Positions 29,714 through 38,917 of a stretch of DNA of 64,000 bases are shown in pieces (the first letter of the stretch is position 1; each line of letters starts with the position of its first letter). The notes under the pieces were generated by a model. The model was not told where the DNA came from. It saw nothing but the letters and a program-made list of their open reading frames with translations, and ran no database searches. Origin of the DNA: an uncultured Acidobacteriota bacterium (GTDB taxonomy: Bacteria; Actinomycetota; Acidimicrobiia; Spongiisociales; ZC4RG35); the NCBI GenBank assembly GCA_963828465.1, contig CAWHEU010000020.1, positions 96,001-160,000 of the forward strand. Reading direction: 5' to 3'. Both the position numbers and the translations under genes were made by a program.

Positions 29714-30888
29714 TCCGGGTCCCTATCGAACGTGAATATTGCCTCGACTCGATAACCGCCGTCGTCGGTCGAGCCGGCATTCAGGGTTCCTCCATAAAGA
29801 GAGGCTCGCTCCTCCATCCCGGAGATCCCGTGGCCACCGCCTTCGATGGGCTCGACCGGCCTGGTCGGCGGGCCGTTGCCTACGATGAGCACGAGGGCGC
29901 CGTCGGACGCCTCCAGTGTCAGCTCCGCTTCATCGACACCGGCGTGCCGTACCACATTGGTGAGCGCCTCCTGGACAACCCGGTAGGCGGCGAGCGCCAT
30001 CCCCGGTGGCACACGGTCCAAATGCCCGGAGCTGGTCACTCCCACCGTGACCCCGGCACGAGATATCTCCTCCACCAATCGATCGATGTCCCCGAGACCC
30101 GGAGCGGGCTGCGTAAGCGAATCGTCCCCCTCTCGGAGCACTCCTACGAGACGTCTCATGTCGGCGAGCGCCTCACGGCTGGACTTTTCGATCGTCTCCA
30201 AGGCCCGCTGGGCTGCTTCCGGGTCCTGGCGACCCGCCAAGCGACCGCTGCCCGCCTGCAGCGCGACAACCGTCATGCTGTGAGCGACGACGTCGTGGAG
30301 CTCTCGGGCGATGCGGAGTCGCTCCTCGCTCACGGCACGGAGGGCCAGCTCCTCCCGGGCGGCGGCCAACTCGGCCGCCCGTCGCTCGTGTTGAATTGCC
30401 GCCGTCCGCCATCTGCGAACGACGTCTCCGAGAAACCACGCCGCACCAATCAGAACAGCGAACAGTGCCAACGAGCTGTAGTCGGGAAAGCTCGGCCCGA
30501 CGATGATCAGGATCAACATCACCAGCTCGACGATGGCCAGCGCGAGCAACGACCGTGGTCGCTCCTCCGCAGCGGCCACCGTGTAAACCGCGATCAGTGT
30601 CCCGGGCCCGAGCATGTAGACCGGCAGCTCCAACCCCAGCGTGTAGATCGCAGCGGTGACAAGCATCACCGCAAGGACCGCAAGCGGCCACAGCCTCCTG
30701 AAGACGAGCGAGCCCCCATGGACGATCACGAGAATCAACCCAAAAGCCGTCGGTTCTCGATCGCCGAGAACCTCGGTGTACAGAGTCAACGCGGCCGCAG
30801 TGGCAATGACGGCGATCGCTACATCGAGAAAGGCCCACCGCCACCACTGCCACTGGTTCGGGCGCAGAGCTTTGTCTGTGGCAGTCAT
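29710..30888 (-). CDS. HisKA_3 sensor histidine kinase
   Basis: ERLRIARELHDVVAH, QEALTNVVRHA, GHGISGMEER; ~5 TM helices. Confidence 0.95.
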   Translation of the reverse strand: MTATDKALRPNQWQWWRWAFLDVAIAVIATAAALTLYTEVLGDREPTAFGLILVIVHGGSLVFRRLWPLAVLAVMLVTAAIYTLGLELPVYMLGPGTLIAVYTVAAAEERPRSLLALAIVELVMLILIIVGPSFPDYSSLALFAVLIGAAWFLGDVVRRWRTAAIQHERRAAELAAAREELALRAVSEERLRIARELHDVVAHSMTVVALQAGSGRLAGRQDPEAAQRALETIEKSSREALADMRRLVGVLREGDDSLTQPAPGLGDIDRLVEEISRAGVTVGVTSSGHLDRVPPGMALAAYRVVQEALTNVVRHAGVDEAELTLEASDGALVLIVGNGPPTRPVEPIEGGGHGISGMEERASLYGGTLNAGSTDDGGYRVEAIFTFDRDPE

Positions 30889-30943
30889 GCGATTCGCTCG
30901 AATCTACCGACCCAGCAGCTCCATTCGATGGGCGTCCAACCAG

Positions 30944-31033
30944 CGGAGAGGGAGGGATTTGAACCCTCGAGGAGGCTTAACACCCCCTACTCGCTTAGCA
31001 GGCGAGCGCCTTCGACCACTCGGCCACCTCTCC
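30944..31033 (-). tRNA. tRNA-Ser(GCT)
   Basis: ggagaggtggccgagtgg...ctcgc-CTGCTAA-gcgag, long variable arm, ttcaaat. Confidence 0.95.
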
Positions 31034-31092
31034 ATGAGCGGCATCAGCCGCAATCTGTACGTTATCCGTTCTGGGTTCCAGGGCTTAGTCGG

Positions 31093-31180
31093 CGGAGGGG
31101 GTGGGATTCGAACCCACGAGACCCGGATCGGGCCCAACGGTTTTCAAGACCGTCTCCTTAGACCACTCGGACACCCCTCC
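31093..31180 (-). tRNA. tRNA-Ser(TGA)
   Basis: ggaggggtgtccgagtgg...acggt-CTTGAAA-accgt, long variable arm. Confidence 0.95.
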
Positions 31181-31242
31181 AGGCGAAGCGCGCAGTATCA
31201 GGGTACCGGGGCCCTTTCTCCTCTTCGACGTAGCATCGGCCC

Positions 31243-32389
31243 ATGGCCATCGGGCGCGAGCAGGTCCTCGCCTTCCGTCTCGCCAGTCATGGACTCAACC
31301 AACGGACCAAAAGTCTGGTCGAGGCAGCGTCCCGGTGTGGAATACAGGAGACCCCGCTCGGCACCGCGCCCCTCGCCTTCCATGCCCGGGTAGATGGTCT
31401 CTCACCCGAGAAGCTGGAGAAAGCCCTGAGCAAAGACAGGTCACTGCTCGCCCTATGGGCCATGCGCGGAGCCCCACATGTTGTGCCGGCCACAGACCTC
31501 GGAGTCTTCACCATCGGTGCCCTTCCCCTCGATAACGATTCTTTTCGCCACACACTGGGTGGATGGGCCCCGGCGCTGGAGAAGGCCGGGCTGGAGCCGT
31601 TCCAACTGCTCGACAAGCTCGTCGACGCGGCGAGGAAGCTGCTCGATGACACGAGCATGAATGTCAACGAGCTGAGAGACCGGCTGTATGCCCTGCTCCG
31701 CAGTCTTCACAAGATCAAGCGGCCGGAGTCTGCCCGTGACGACATGCCCGAGCCACTCTTCCGTGCCATCGGGACCATGGGGGCGGTGTGCATCGTTTCG
31801 GGTCGGGGCACTGACTCGGTAATGGCCCGCACCGACCAATGGCTCAGCCGCCTTCCGGCGCCGATTGACCCAGACGAGGCACGCGCCGAGCTGGCACGCC
31901 GATTCCTGCATTGCTACGGGCCGGGTACCGCCCAGCATTTCGCAGAGTGGACTCAACGCAGCCTGGCCGATGCAAAACAAGCCATCGAGCTCATCGAGGA
32001 TGAGCTCATCGAAATGAAGATGGCGGGCAAAAGGGCCCTCCTCTTGGCCGTCGATGAGCGGGACCTCGACTCACCGCCCGAGGCGAAAGGAGTGCGTCTC
32101 CTCCCTGTCCAGGACCCCTATCTCCAGCAACGGGATCGTGCGACGCTGCTGCCTGATCAGACGGCCCGTCGGCGGCTCTGGCAGGCAGTTCGAGGCCCGG
32201 GCGCGCTGCTGGTCGATGGCGTGGTCACCGGCACCTGGCGTGGCCGGGTCAAGGGACAGCGTTGGGAGGTCGAGCTCGAGCCCTTCGGGCGTCTCCTCGC
32301 CAGGGTGCGCGATGCGATATCCGACGAGGCCGAGACTATGGCTCCCCCTCAAGGGATGCTCATCGGCGGCGGTCGAAGTCAGCGGATAG
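31243..32389 (+). CDS. HTH_42 winged-helix AlkZ/YcaQ-like DNA glycosylase; frameshift near 32345
   Basis: WAMRGAPH, ELARRFLHCYGP, VRLLPVQDPYL, LVDGVVTGTW; the natural end ...KGCSSAAVEVSG* is in another frame, and the listed ORF runs into tRNAs. Confidence 0.8.
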
Positions 32390-32412
32390 GGCCGCCTGAG
32401 GCGGCGCCTTTG

Positions 32413-32503
32413 CGGAGGGGGAGGGATTCGAACCCTCGAGGAGGCGTCAGCCCCCTACGGCATTTCGAGTGCCGCGCACTAGACCGGACTATGCGACCCC
32501 TCC
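32413..32503 (-). tRNA. tRNA-Ser(CGA)
   Basis: cggca-CTCGAAA-tgccg anticodon arm, long variable arm. Confidence 0.95.
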
Positions 32504-32525
32504 AGGGGCGGCTGGTTTGGCGGAG

Positions 32526-32616
32526 CGGAGGGAGAGGGATTTGAACCCTCGAGGGAGCGTGAACCCCCAACGGCATTTCCAGTGCCGCGCACTAGACCGG
32601 ACTATGCGATCCCTCC
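32526..32616 (-). tRNA. tRNA-Ser(GGA)
   Basis: cggca-CTGGAAA-tgccg anticodon arm, long variable arm. Confidence 0.95.
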
Positions 32617-32665
32617 GGAGTTGCCTTGCCGGGACCGGCAGGCAGATAGAGGATAATCGACGCAC

Positions 32666-33138
32666 ATGGCTGAGCCGATGCCCTCCGATCGCTATATCGA
32701 CCCGATGCGCCAGGCCCTGAAAGCAGCAACCGAGGCAGCGGGCACAGGCGACGTGCCCGTGGGTGCCCTCCTTCTCGACGCAACGGGAGCAGTGGTGACA
32801 GTCGATCACAACCGGCGGGAGGAATTGTCCGACCCCACCGCACATGCCGAGATCCTGGTGATCTCGGCCCGGGCCCGGGAGATCGACGATTGGCGCTTGA
32901 CCGGGCACACCCTCGTGGTGACCCTCGAGCCCTGCCCCATGTGCGCCGGAGCGGCGGTGCTGGCACGTCTCGACCGCATCGTCTACGGGGCCGCGGACCT
33001 GAAGGCCGGAGCCGCCTGGTCGCTCTACAACATCCCCCAGGATCGCCGGCTCAACCACCGGATCGACCTGATCGAAGGCGTCCTTGCCGACGAGTGCTCT
33101 GCGCTCCTCACCGGTTTCTTCGCCGGACCAAGCGCTGA
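32666..33138 (+). CDS. tadA: tRNA adenosine(34) deaminase; probable frameshift just before the native stop
   Basis: PTAHAE, TLEPCPMCAGA, RLNH, FF; ...KR* lies out of frame at 33138 and the listed ORF overlaps the MFS gene. Confidence 0.88.
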
Positions 33139-33139
33139 C

Positions 33140-34303
33140 TCACGCAGGGATTGCCGCCTCCGAGGCCACCAGACGCCGGTCCCAAATCGCATACACCACC
33201 GCACCGACCCCCAGGACCAGAGCCACCGCGGAGAAGGCGGTTCGGTAGTCGAAACCGTCGATCAGGCCGCCAACCGCCGGAGCTGAGGCGAGAAGGGCGA
33301 TGTCGAAGATCGAAGTGAAGATCGCCATTGCAGATCCTCGTTCGGCCGTCCGCGCCCGGCTCACTACCTGGCTGGTGAGAATCGGGAACAGGATGCCATG
33401 GGACAGACCGGCCGCGAAGGCGGCCGCCACGATGACTGCGGCGTTACCCGCTACGGCCAGCAACAGAAGAGCCGATCCGTAAGCCAGCAGGGCCCCGGTG
33501 ACGAATGGACGCTGTGGTATCCGGTCGTAATGCCGCCCGCCGAAGATTCTCGTGGCGGCTGCGGTCACGCCGTACACGCCGAAGAAGAGACCCGTGGAAC
33601 CGACACCCCGATCGGCGACGAAGGTCCTGGTGAAGGTGAAGATCGTCTCCATGCCGATGCTCAATGCGAGCGTCACCCACCACAAAGGAAGGAGGTTGCG
33701 TTGGGCCAGGGCCGACCAGAAGCCACGTCGGGGACGATGGCCAAGGATCGGGAGCAACGGCAGGCGCCACACCAATAACCACGAGCCGAGGCTGGCCGCC
33801 GATGCCAGCACGAACAGGGCCGGGTATCCGAAGGCCTCGATGACGACGTCGCCGACGACACCCCCGAGTGCGATGGGTAGGAGCCCGGAGAGACCAAATA
33901 GAGCCAGTCCCTGTGTGCGATGCTCGATAGGGATCGAATCCGCACCGTAGGTGAGCATGGTGGTGAAAAGGGCGATCTGCAGCACGCGTTGCGCAAGGAA
34001 GAGCACCCAGAGATACGGGCCCCAAACGGTGGTGGTGGCCAGGGCAAGCACGACCGTCGCGTTGAGCAAGCCGGCGACCAGGAGCACGGTGCGCCGGTTT
34101 GTCAGGTCCAGGATCCTCCCGAAGGCAGGGCGGAAGAGCAAGGCGAGCACGGCTCCAGCTGCGTAGAGCAAGCCGATCAGCGCCTCGGTGACTCCGAGCG
34201 TTTCGAAATAGCCGGGGACATGGACCAGGAGGAAGAAGGACATCTCTTGCAGCAGCGCGGCGGCGAAGAGCTTGCCGAAATTGGGGCCAAAGCGGGCGGA
34301 CAC
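33140..34303 (-). CDS. MFS transporter
   Basis: ~12 TM helices; GRILDLTNRR motif A-like. Confidence 0.88.
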   Translation of the reverse strand: MSARFGPNFGKLFAAALLQEMSFFLLVHVPGYFETLGVTEALIGLLYAAGAVLALLFRPAFGRILDLTNRRTVLLVAGLLNATVVLALATTTVWGPYLWVLFLAQRVLQIALFTTMLTYGADSIPIEHRTQGLALFGLSGLLPIALGGVVGDVVIEAFGYPALFVLASAASLGSWLLVWRLPLLPILGHRPRRGFWSALAQRNLLPLWWVTLALSIGMETIFTFTRTFVADRGVGSTGLFFGVYGVTAAATRIFGGRHYDRIPQRPFVTGALLAYGSALLLLAVAGNAAVIVAAAFAAGLSHGILFPILTSQVVSRARTAERGSAMAIFTSIFDIALLASAPAVGGLIDGFDYRTAFSAVALVLGVGAVVYAIWDRRLVASEAAIPA

Positions 34304-34374
34304 AGCCGCTGCAAGGTAACAGGGCCGCAGTCCGTCGAAGTCGTAATAGTCGACGGGCGCCTACCCTTGTCGTC

Positions 34375-34646
34375 GATCGTGATAGGCGGGGCGCTAGGGG
34401 TGCCCTGAACCCGAAATCCTCTCCATGCGGGGCTGAATTCCCCGCCCGAGGGTCCACGTGACACCGGCAGATGGTGGACACGGGACGTTGACGGTCGGGT
34501 CCTGCGCGGCGGAACACCACGAACCGGGTCAGATCCGGAAGGAAGCAGCTCTAAGTGGACCGTTCCGGGTGACGCAGGGCGGCCTGACCCGAGTCCACGC
34601 CCGCCAATCGACGGCGTTGCAAGGTCTCGACGGCGGGGGCACGATC
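34375..34646 (+). ncRNA. ffs: SRP RNA, long form with Alu domain
   Basis: Helix 8 gggtcagatccGGAAggaagcagctc; 5' Alu-like ggggtgccctgaacccgaaatcc...gcggggctgaattcc; terminal helix gatcgtg/cacgatc; ~272 nt. Confidence 0.9.
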
Positions 34647-34647
34647 A

Positions 34648-34694
34648 AGCTCGCTGCGCTCGCGGTTCTGGGTTCTAAGTTCTAGGTTCTAGGT
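34648..34694. repeat. Heptamer tandem repeat (GGTTCTA)x4 preceded by gctcgctgcgctcgc
   Basis: ggttctg ggttcta agttcta ggttcta at 34664-34691. Confidence 0.6.
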
Positions 34695-35322
34695 CAGGCT
34701 TCCGAAGCCGGGCTCCGTAGACGAAGCCGAACATGCCCATGCGCCAGATGTGCTCGGGGGTGAGGGCATGGCCCAGAAACAGGTTTTCGGGGGGCGGGAG
34801 AGAATCCAGGGACCGGTGCAAGTACCAGTACTCCCGCGGGGCGCCGGCAAAGAGGAGTCCAACGAGGGGCAGCAGGACGGCAGTGCCGAGTCTGTGAAGC
34901 ATGCGGAGCACGCCGCTGCGCGGCCGAGTCAGATCGACCACCACCGCCGTCGAGCCGGGTTTCAGCACCCGATCGATCTCGGACAAGGTGTCCTCAATCG
35001 AGCTCAGGTTGCGGAAGACGAACCCGCTGAAGATCGCGTCGAGGGACGCGTCCCGGAACGGGAGCGCCTCCCCCGTCCCGACGACCCGGTCACGGACCGG
35101 GCTGAGTGCCAGCATCTCGATGACCGGGTCCAGGCCCACCACGCCCCTGCCCTCGAAGTCGGTGGCGCCCGTCCCACAACCGAGGTCGAGAACGGTGCCC
35201 CGCCCCAACATCTCGATGCCACGGGACCGCCATCTCTCTTCCTGGCCCAGGGACAGGATCCGATTGATCAGGTCGTATCGAGCCGCGATCCGGGCAAATA
35301 TCGGATCGGAAACCTCACTCAC
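34675..35322 (-). CDS. menG: UbiE/MenG-family methyltransferase
   Basis: FARIAARYDLINRILSLGQ, VLDLGCGTG, FRN, RVLKPG, YLHRS. Confidence 0.75.
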   Translation of the reverse strand: MSEVSDPIFARIAARYDLINRILSLGQEERWRSRGIEMLGRGTVLDLGCGTGATDFEGRGVVGLDPVIEMLALSPVRDRVVGTGEALPFRDASLDAIFSGFVFRNLSSIEDTLSEIDRVLKPGSTAVVVDLTRPRSGVLRMLHRLGTAVLLPLVGLLFAGAPREYWYLHRSLDSLPPPENLFLGHALTPEHIWRMGMFGFVYGARLRKPDLEPRT

Positions 35323-36566
35323 GACTCGATGACGTCGAAACCCGTATAGCGACGGAGCGCCTCGGGAATGACGACCGAGCCGTCGGGCTGCTGGTGATTC
35401 TCGAGGATGGCGAGGATGGTGCGACCCACGGCACAGGCCGTCCCGTTGAGCGTGTGCAATACCTCGTTCCCCTGCTCGGTCCTCATCCTGATCTTGAGCC
35501 GTCGCGCCTGATAATCAGTCGTATTGGAACACGAGGTGATCTCGCGGTATGCCTGCTCTCCCGGGAACCAGGCCTCGATGTCGTACTTCTTGGCGGCCGA
35601 GGCACCAAGATCCCCGGCCGCGATATTCACCACCCGGTAGGGAATCTCCAACTCGCCGACCAGATTCTCCTCCACGGCGAGGAGCCGGTCGTGCTCTGCG
35701 ACCGAATCGTCGGGGCTGGTGAACACGAACATCTCGACCTTGTCGAACTGGTGGACCCTGAAGATGCCGGCCGTGTCCTTCCCATAAGTCCCCGCCTCCC
35801 GTCGGAAACAGGTGGAGAATCCTGCGTACCGCCGGGGTAGGTCATTGGATTCCAGGATCTCGTCGGTGTGATAGGCGGCGAGGGGGACCTCGGCGGTTCC
35901 GACAAGAAAGAGCTCGTCCCGGGGGATCTCGTAGACCTGCTCCCTGGCCTCAGGAAAGAACCCGGTGCCAACCAGCGCCTCCTCCCGCACCAGGACCGGT
36001 GGGACCATCGGGGTGAAACCCTCGGCAACGAGGTGGTCCATGGCCCAGCGCACCAAGGAGAACTCCAGCAACGCCCCCTTGCCCTTGAGATAGCCGAACC
36101 GGCTTCCCGACACCTTTGCGGCGCGGATCGTGTCGATGATCCCGAGCCTCTCACCGAGAGTTGCGTGATCGGTTCCCTCGGTGAGGGGCTCACCCACCCG
36201 CTTGATCTCCAGGCTGTCCTCTTCACCGAACCCCTCGGCAGCGTCAGGTGCCACCAGATTGGGCACCTCGAGGATGGCCGAGTCGAATTCCGACTCCAGA
36301 CGATCGACTTCCGACGCCGCCTCCTTGACCTGACCTGCGAGATCAGCGACCGCTGCGATGGCAACCTCCTTGGCCTGACCGTCGAGACCCGCTATCTCCC
36401 GTCCCGATTCCTTCTGTTTGGCCCGGAGCTCCTCGGCCCTCCGACGGGCTCCGCGGAGGCTCGACTCCAGTGAGATGACAGAGTCGAGATCGACCTTCGA
36501 GCCGCGCCGGGCCAGTGCTTCCCGGATCGCGTCGGGGTCATCTCGGAGCAGCCGGGGGTCGATCAT
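35319..36566 (-). CDS. serS: Seryl-tRNA synthetase
   Basis: GTAEVP, CFRREAG, RVHQFDKVE, HTLNGT. Confidence 0.97.
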   Translation of the reverse strand: MIDPRLLRDDPDAIREALARRGSKVDLDSVISLESSLRGARRRAEELRAKQKESGREIAGLDGQAKEVAIAAVADLAGQVKEAASEVDRLESEFDSAILEVPNLVAPDAAEGFGEEDSLEIKRVGEPLTEGTDHATLGERLGIIDTIRAAKVSGSRFGYLKGKGALLEFSLVRWAMDHLVAEGFTPMVPPVLVREEALVGTGFFPEAREQVYEIPRDELFLVGTAEVPLAAYHTDEILESNDLPRRYAGFSTCFRREAGTYGKDTAGIFRVHQFDKVEMFVFTSPDDSVAEHDRLLAVEENLVGELEIPYRVVNIAAGDLGASAAKKYDIEAWFPGEQAYREITSCSNTTDYQARRLKIRMRTEQGNEVLHTLNGTACAVGRTILAILENHQQPDGSVVIPEALRRYTGFDVIES

Positions 36567-36602
36567 GAGAGCGAGGATGGTACCGACCGCCTGGGTCGGC
36601 CC

Positions 36603-37598
36603 CTACTCGTCGTTCACCTCGAAGAGAACGCTCACGACGTTGTCTTCGAGATCGACGTCGTTTGTGATCGCGGTGAGGCTCGCTGCGACCTCATAGAGGG
36701 CGCCAGGGATGACTGGGATCTCGAGGAACTGCACTGCTGTCTGCTGGCCCGGCTCGAGCACCGGCACCATCTCTGAGAGCACCACCGGGTCGGACTCGCC
36801 GGACAGGGTGAGCTCGATGGGCTCGGGCTCGCTGGCCACGTTGCCGGCATTGCCCACCACGACGGAGAAATTCAACAACTCGGTGGCCGGCACGATCGCC
36901 TGGTCGGACGGATCGACGTTCCAGAGCGGGTCGGAGGTGATCGATGACACCTGGAGTCCCGGCCGGAGCCCGATCCCGCTGTTCGGTGAGCGCGATGCTT
37001 CGACATAGGCCTGCGACAACGTGAACAGCTCGCCCTCGGCTGGGAGCATGAGCACCTCGGGCATCGCAGCGACCGGGTCCGGCACCTCCTCTTCCTCCAG
37101 CTCCCGAACCAGGTCGGTGTAGAGGCGATCCCCCGCCCGCAGCTCGGCCAGAGCATTCGCGATGTTGTCCGTCACCACCGTGTCGGTCGGGTCATCGGCG
37201 GCGGCGAGGATGCCGGACGCGAACCCGCTCACACCCACCGTCCACGCCTCCAACGCTCTGCGATATACCGCGTTGGCCGCAACGAGGTTCTCAGAGGACG
37301 GTCCTGTTTCGACCAGCTCCAACCCGATCTCGAGATCCTCACGCAAGCCATCGGTCGCCGTGACGAGCTCGGACCGATCGATACGGGAGAGGCGGGAGAT
37401 GACAACTCTCAGCGAATCGGCGCCCATCGAGAGATCGGATGCAGTCTCGTGCATGGAATCGAGGTACTGCAGTTCGGCTCGGGTGTCGTCGCCTTCGCTG
37501 GTTACGACCACGGCAACCACGGCGGCTGCGGTCACGACCGCAGGCCAGAGGAAGCGGCCAAGAGACCGTCGGCGAGATTTGGGTTGGTCGAGCATCAT
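36603..37598 (-). CDS. Membrane-anchored hypothetical protein with C-terminal CARDB/Ig-like domain
   Basis: N-terminal TM; VVVGNAGN...LEPGQ...DLEDN; the upstream part of the listed ORF overlaps tRNA-Leu and fhaA. Confidence 0.7.
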   Translation of the reverse strand: MMLDQPKSRRRSLGRFLWPAVVTAAAVVAVVVTSEGDDTRAELQYLDSMHETASDLSMGADSLRVVISRLSRIDRSELVTATDGLREDLEIGLELVETGPSSENLVAANAVYRRALEAWTVGVSGFASGILAAADDPTDTVVTDNIANALAELRAGDRLYTDLVRELEEEEVPDPVAAMPEVLMLPAEGELFTLSQAYVEASRSPNSGIGLRPGLQVSSITSDPLWNVDPSDQAIVPATELLNFSVVVGNAGNVASEPEPIELTLSGESDPVVLSEMVPVLEPGQQTAVQFLEIPVIPGALYEVAASLTAITNDVDLEDNVVSVLFEVNDE

Positions 37599-37686
37599 CG
37601 TCACTGGTTTTCCGGCCACAGGCCGAGGCGAGAAGCGTATGCCGGCCGAGGGAGATACAAGGGGGTCGCCCCCCTTTAAGTGGCGG

Positions 37687-37770
37687 TGGGCGAGGGGGGA
37701 CTTGAACCCCCACGATCTTGCGATCACAGGAACCTGAATCCTCCGCGTCTGCCAATTCCGCCACTCGCCC
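37687..37770 (-). tRNA. tRNA-Leu(CAG)
   Basis: gggcgagtggcggaattggcagacgc...TTCAGGT...ttcaagt...ctcgccca. Confidence 0.93.
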
Positions 37771-37853
37771 GGGATCGAGGCGAAATCGTACCGTCGCACC
37801 GTGGGTTCCGGTAGTCGGCAACACTGTCCCGGGCCGGCCGTAACCTCTCGACG

Positions 37854-38504
37854 GTGAGCCTGGCACGCAGTCTCGAACGACGTCTCGAACGCCTCCTGGA
37901 GGGCGCAACCGGCCGCGTTTTCTCCGGGCGATTGCATCCATCCGAAATGGCCGGACGCATCGCAAGGGAGGCCGATCTCAGCCGCTACCGCCATGAATCG
38001 GGTCCGGCAACGGCCAACAAATACGTGTTGACGGTGAGCCCGGCCGACCTCGACGTCGACCCTTCCACTCTCGAGAAGAAGCTCGAGATGGCCCTTGCCG
38101 AGCACGCCGCCGGCGTTGGCCTCCTCTTCGAGGGGCCACCGACCGTGAAGATCGTGACTTCGGGTGAGATGACACCGGGACAGTTCTCCTGCACACCCTC
38201 GGTCGAGCCGGGCCCGCTCCCGCCGTGGGCCAGACTCACCGGTTCCGGTACCAGCATCGAGATCGGAGCCAACCGGGTGACTCTCGGGAGGTCGGAGGAG
38301 GCCGACATCGTGCTTCCCTACGACAACGTGTCGCGCAAGCACGCCCTGATCTGGCGCTCCGAAGGCAGGTCCTGGATCCAGGATCTCGGGTCGTCGAACG
38401 GGACCCTGGTCGACGGGGCAGGGGTTGGCGAGCGACCTGTGCTGCTGCAGAATGGCTCGGTGGTAAGCCTGGCCGGGCACCGCTACCGGTTCATCGAGGG
38501 GTAG
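37854..38504 (+). CDS. fhaA: FhaA (DUF3662 plus FHA)
   Basis: ERRLERLLEG..F; LGRS, VSRKHA, DLGSSNGT. Confidence 0.88.
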   Translation: MSLARSLERRLERLLEGATGRVFSGRLHPSEMAGRIAREADLSRYRHESGPATANKYVLTVSPADLDVDPSTLEKKLEMALAEHAAGVGLLFEGPPTVKIVTSGEMTPGQFSCTPSVEPGPLPPWARLTGSGTSIEIGANRVTLGRSEEADIVLPYDNVSRKHALIWRSEGRSWIQDLGSSNGTLVDGAGVGERPVLLQNGSVVSLAGHRYRFIEG

Positions 38505-38506
38505 GA

Positions 38507-38917
38507 ATGCCCGACATCATCCTGGCCTTGCTCCGGATCATCTTCCTGGGCCTCGTCTACCTCTTCGTATGGCAAGTGGCCCGCGCTATCGGCGCACATC
38601 TAGGAATATCCCTTCGACGAAAGCGCCGGGAGGGCACCAAAGTCGTGATGATCAAGTCTGAGACCCAACAGGGCACCGAGCTGGAAGTGGAGGATGTGAC
38701 GGTGCTCGGACGCTCGCCCGAGGCCGATGTGCTGCTCGATGACCCCTACGCTTCGGAGTTCCACATGCGCCTGGTAGCCCAGGACAGCGGGATGGTGCTG
38801 CATGACCTCGGCAGCACGAACGGGACCTATATCAACGGGCGTCGTGTGACCGCCCCCACCACCCTGCGTCGTGGCGACAACATCCAGGTGGGGAAGACCG
38901 TGATGGAAGTCCGATGA
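38507..38917 (+). CDS. fhaB: FhaB/FipA membrane FHA protein
   Basis: N-terminal TM, LGRS, DLGSTNGT. Confidence 0.88.
   Translation: MPDIILALLRIIFLGLVYLFVWQVARAIGAHLGISLRRKRREGTKVVMIKSETQQGTELEVEDVTVLGRSPEADVLLDDPYASEFHMRLVAQDSGMVLHDLGSTNGTYINGRRVTAPTTLRRGDNIQVGKTVMEVR

Noticed and set aside
29680-31161. 493-aa plus-strand ORF and other long antisense ORFs
   Set aside because: Shadow frames of high-GC genes and tRNAs with no recognisable motifs
30944-32616. tRNA-Sec or suppressor tRNA among the long-arm tRNAs
   Set aside because: All four anticodons (GCT, TGA, CGA, GGA) are standard serine with 7-bp acceptor stems
36603-38480. 625-aa ORF
   Set aside because: Its upstream half overlaps tRNA-Leu and antisense fhaA; the real gene likely starts near 37598
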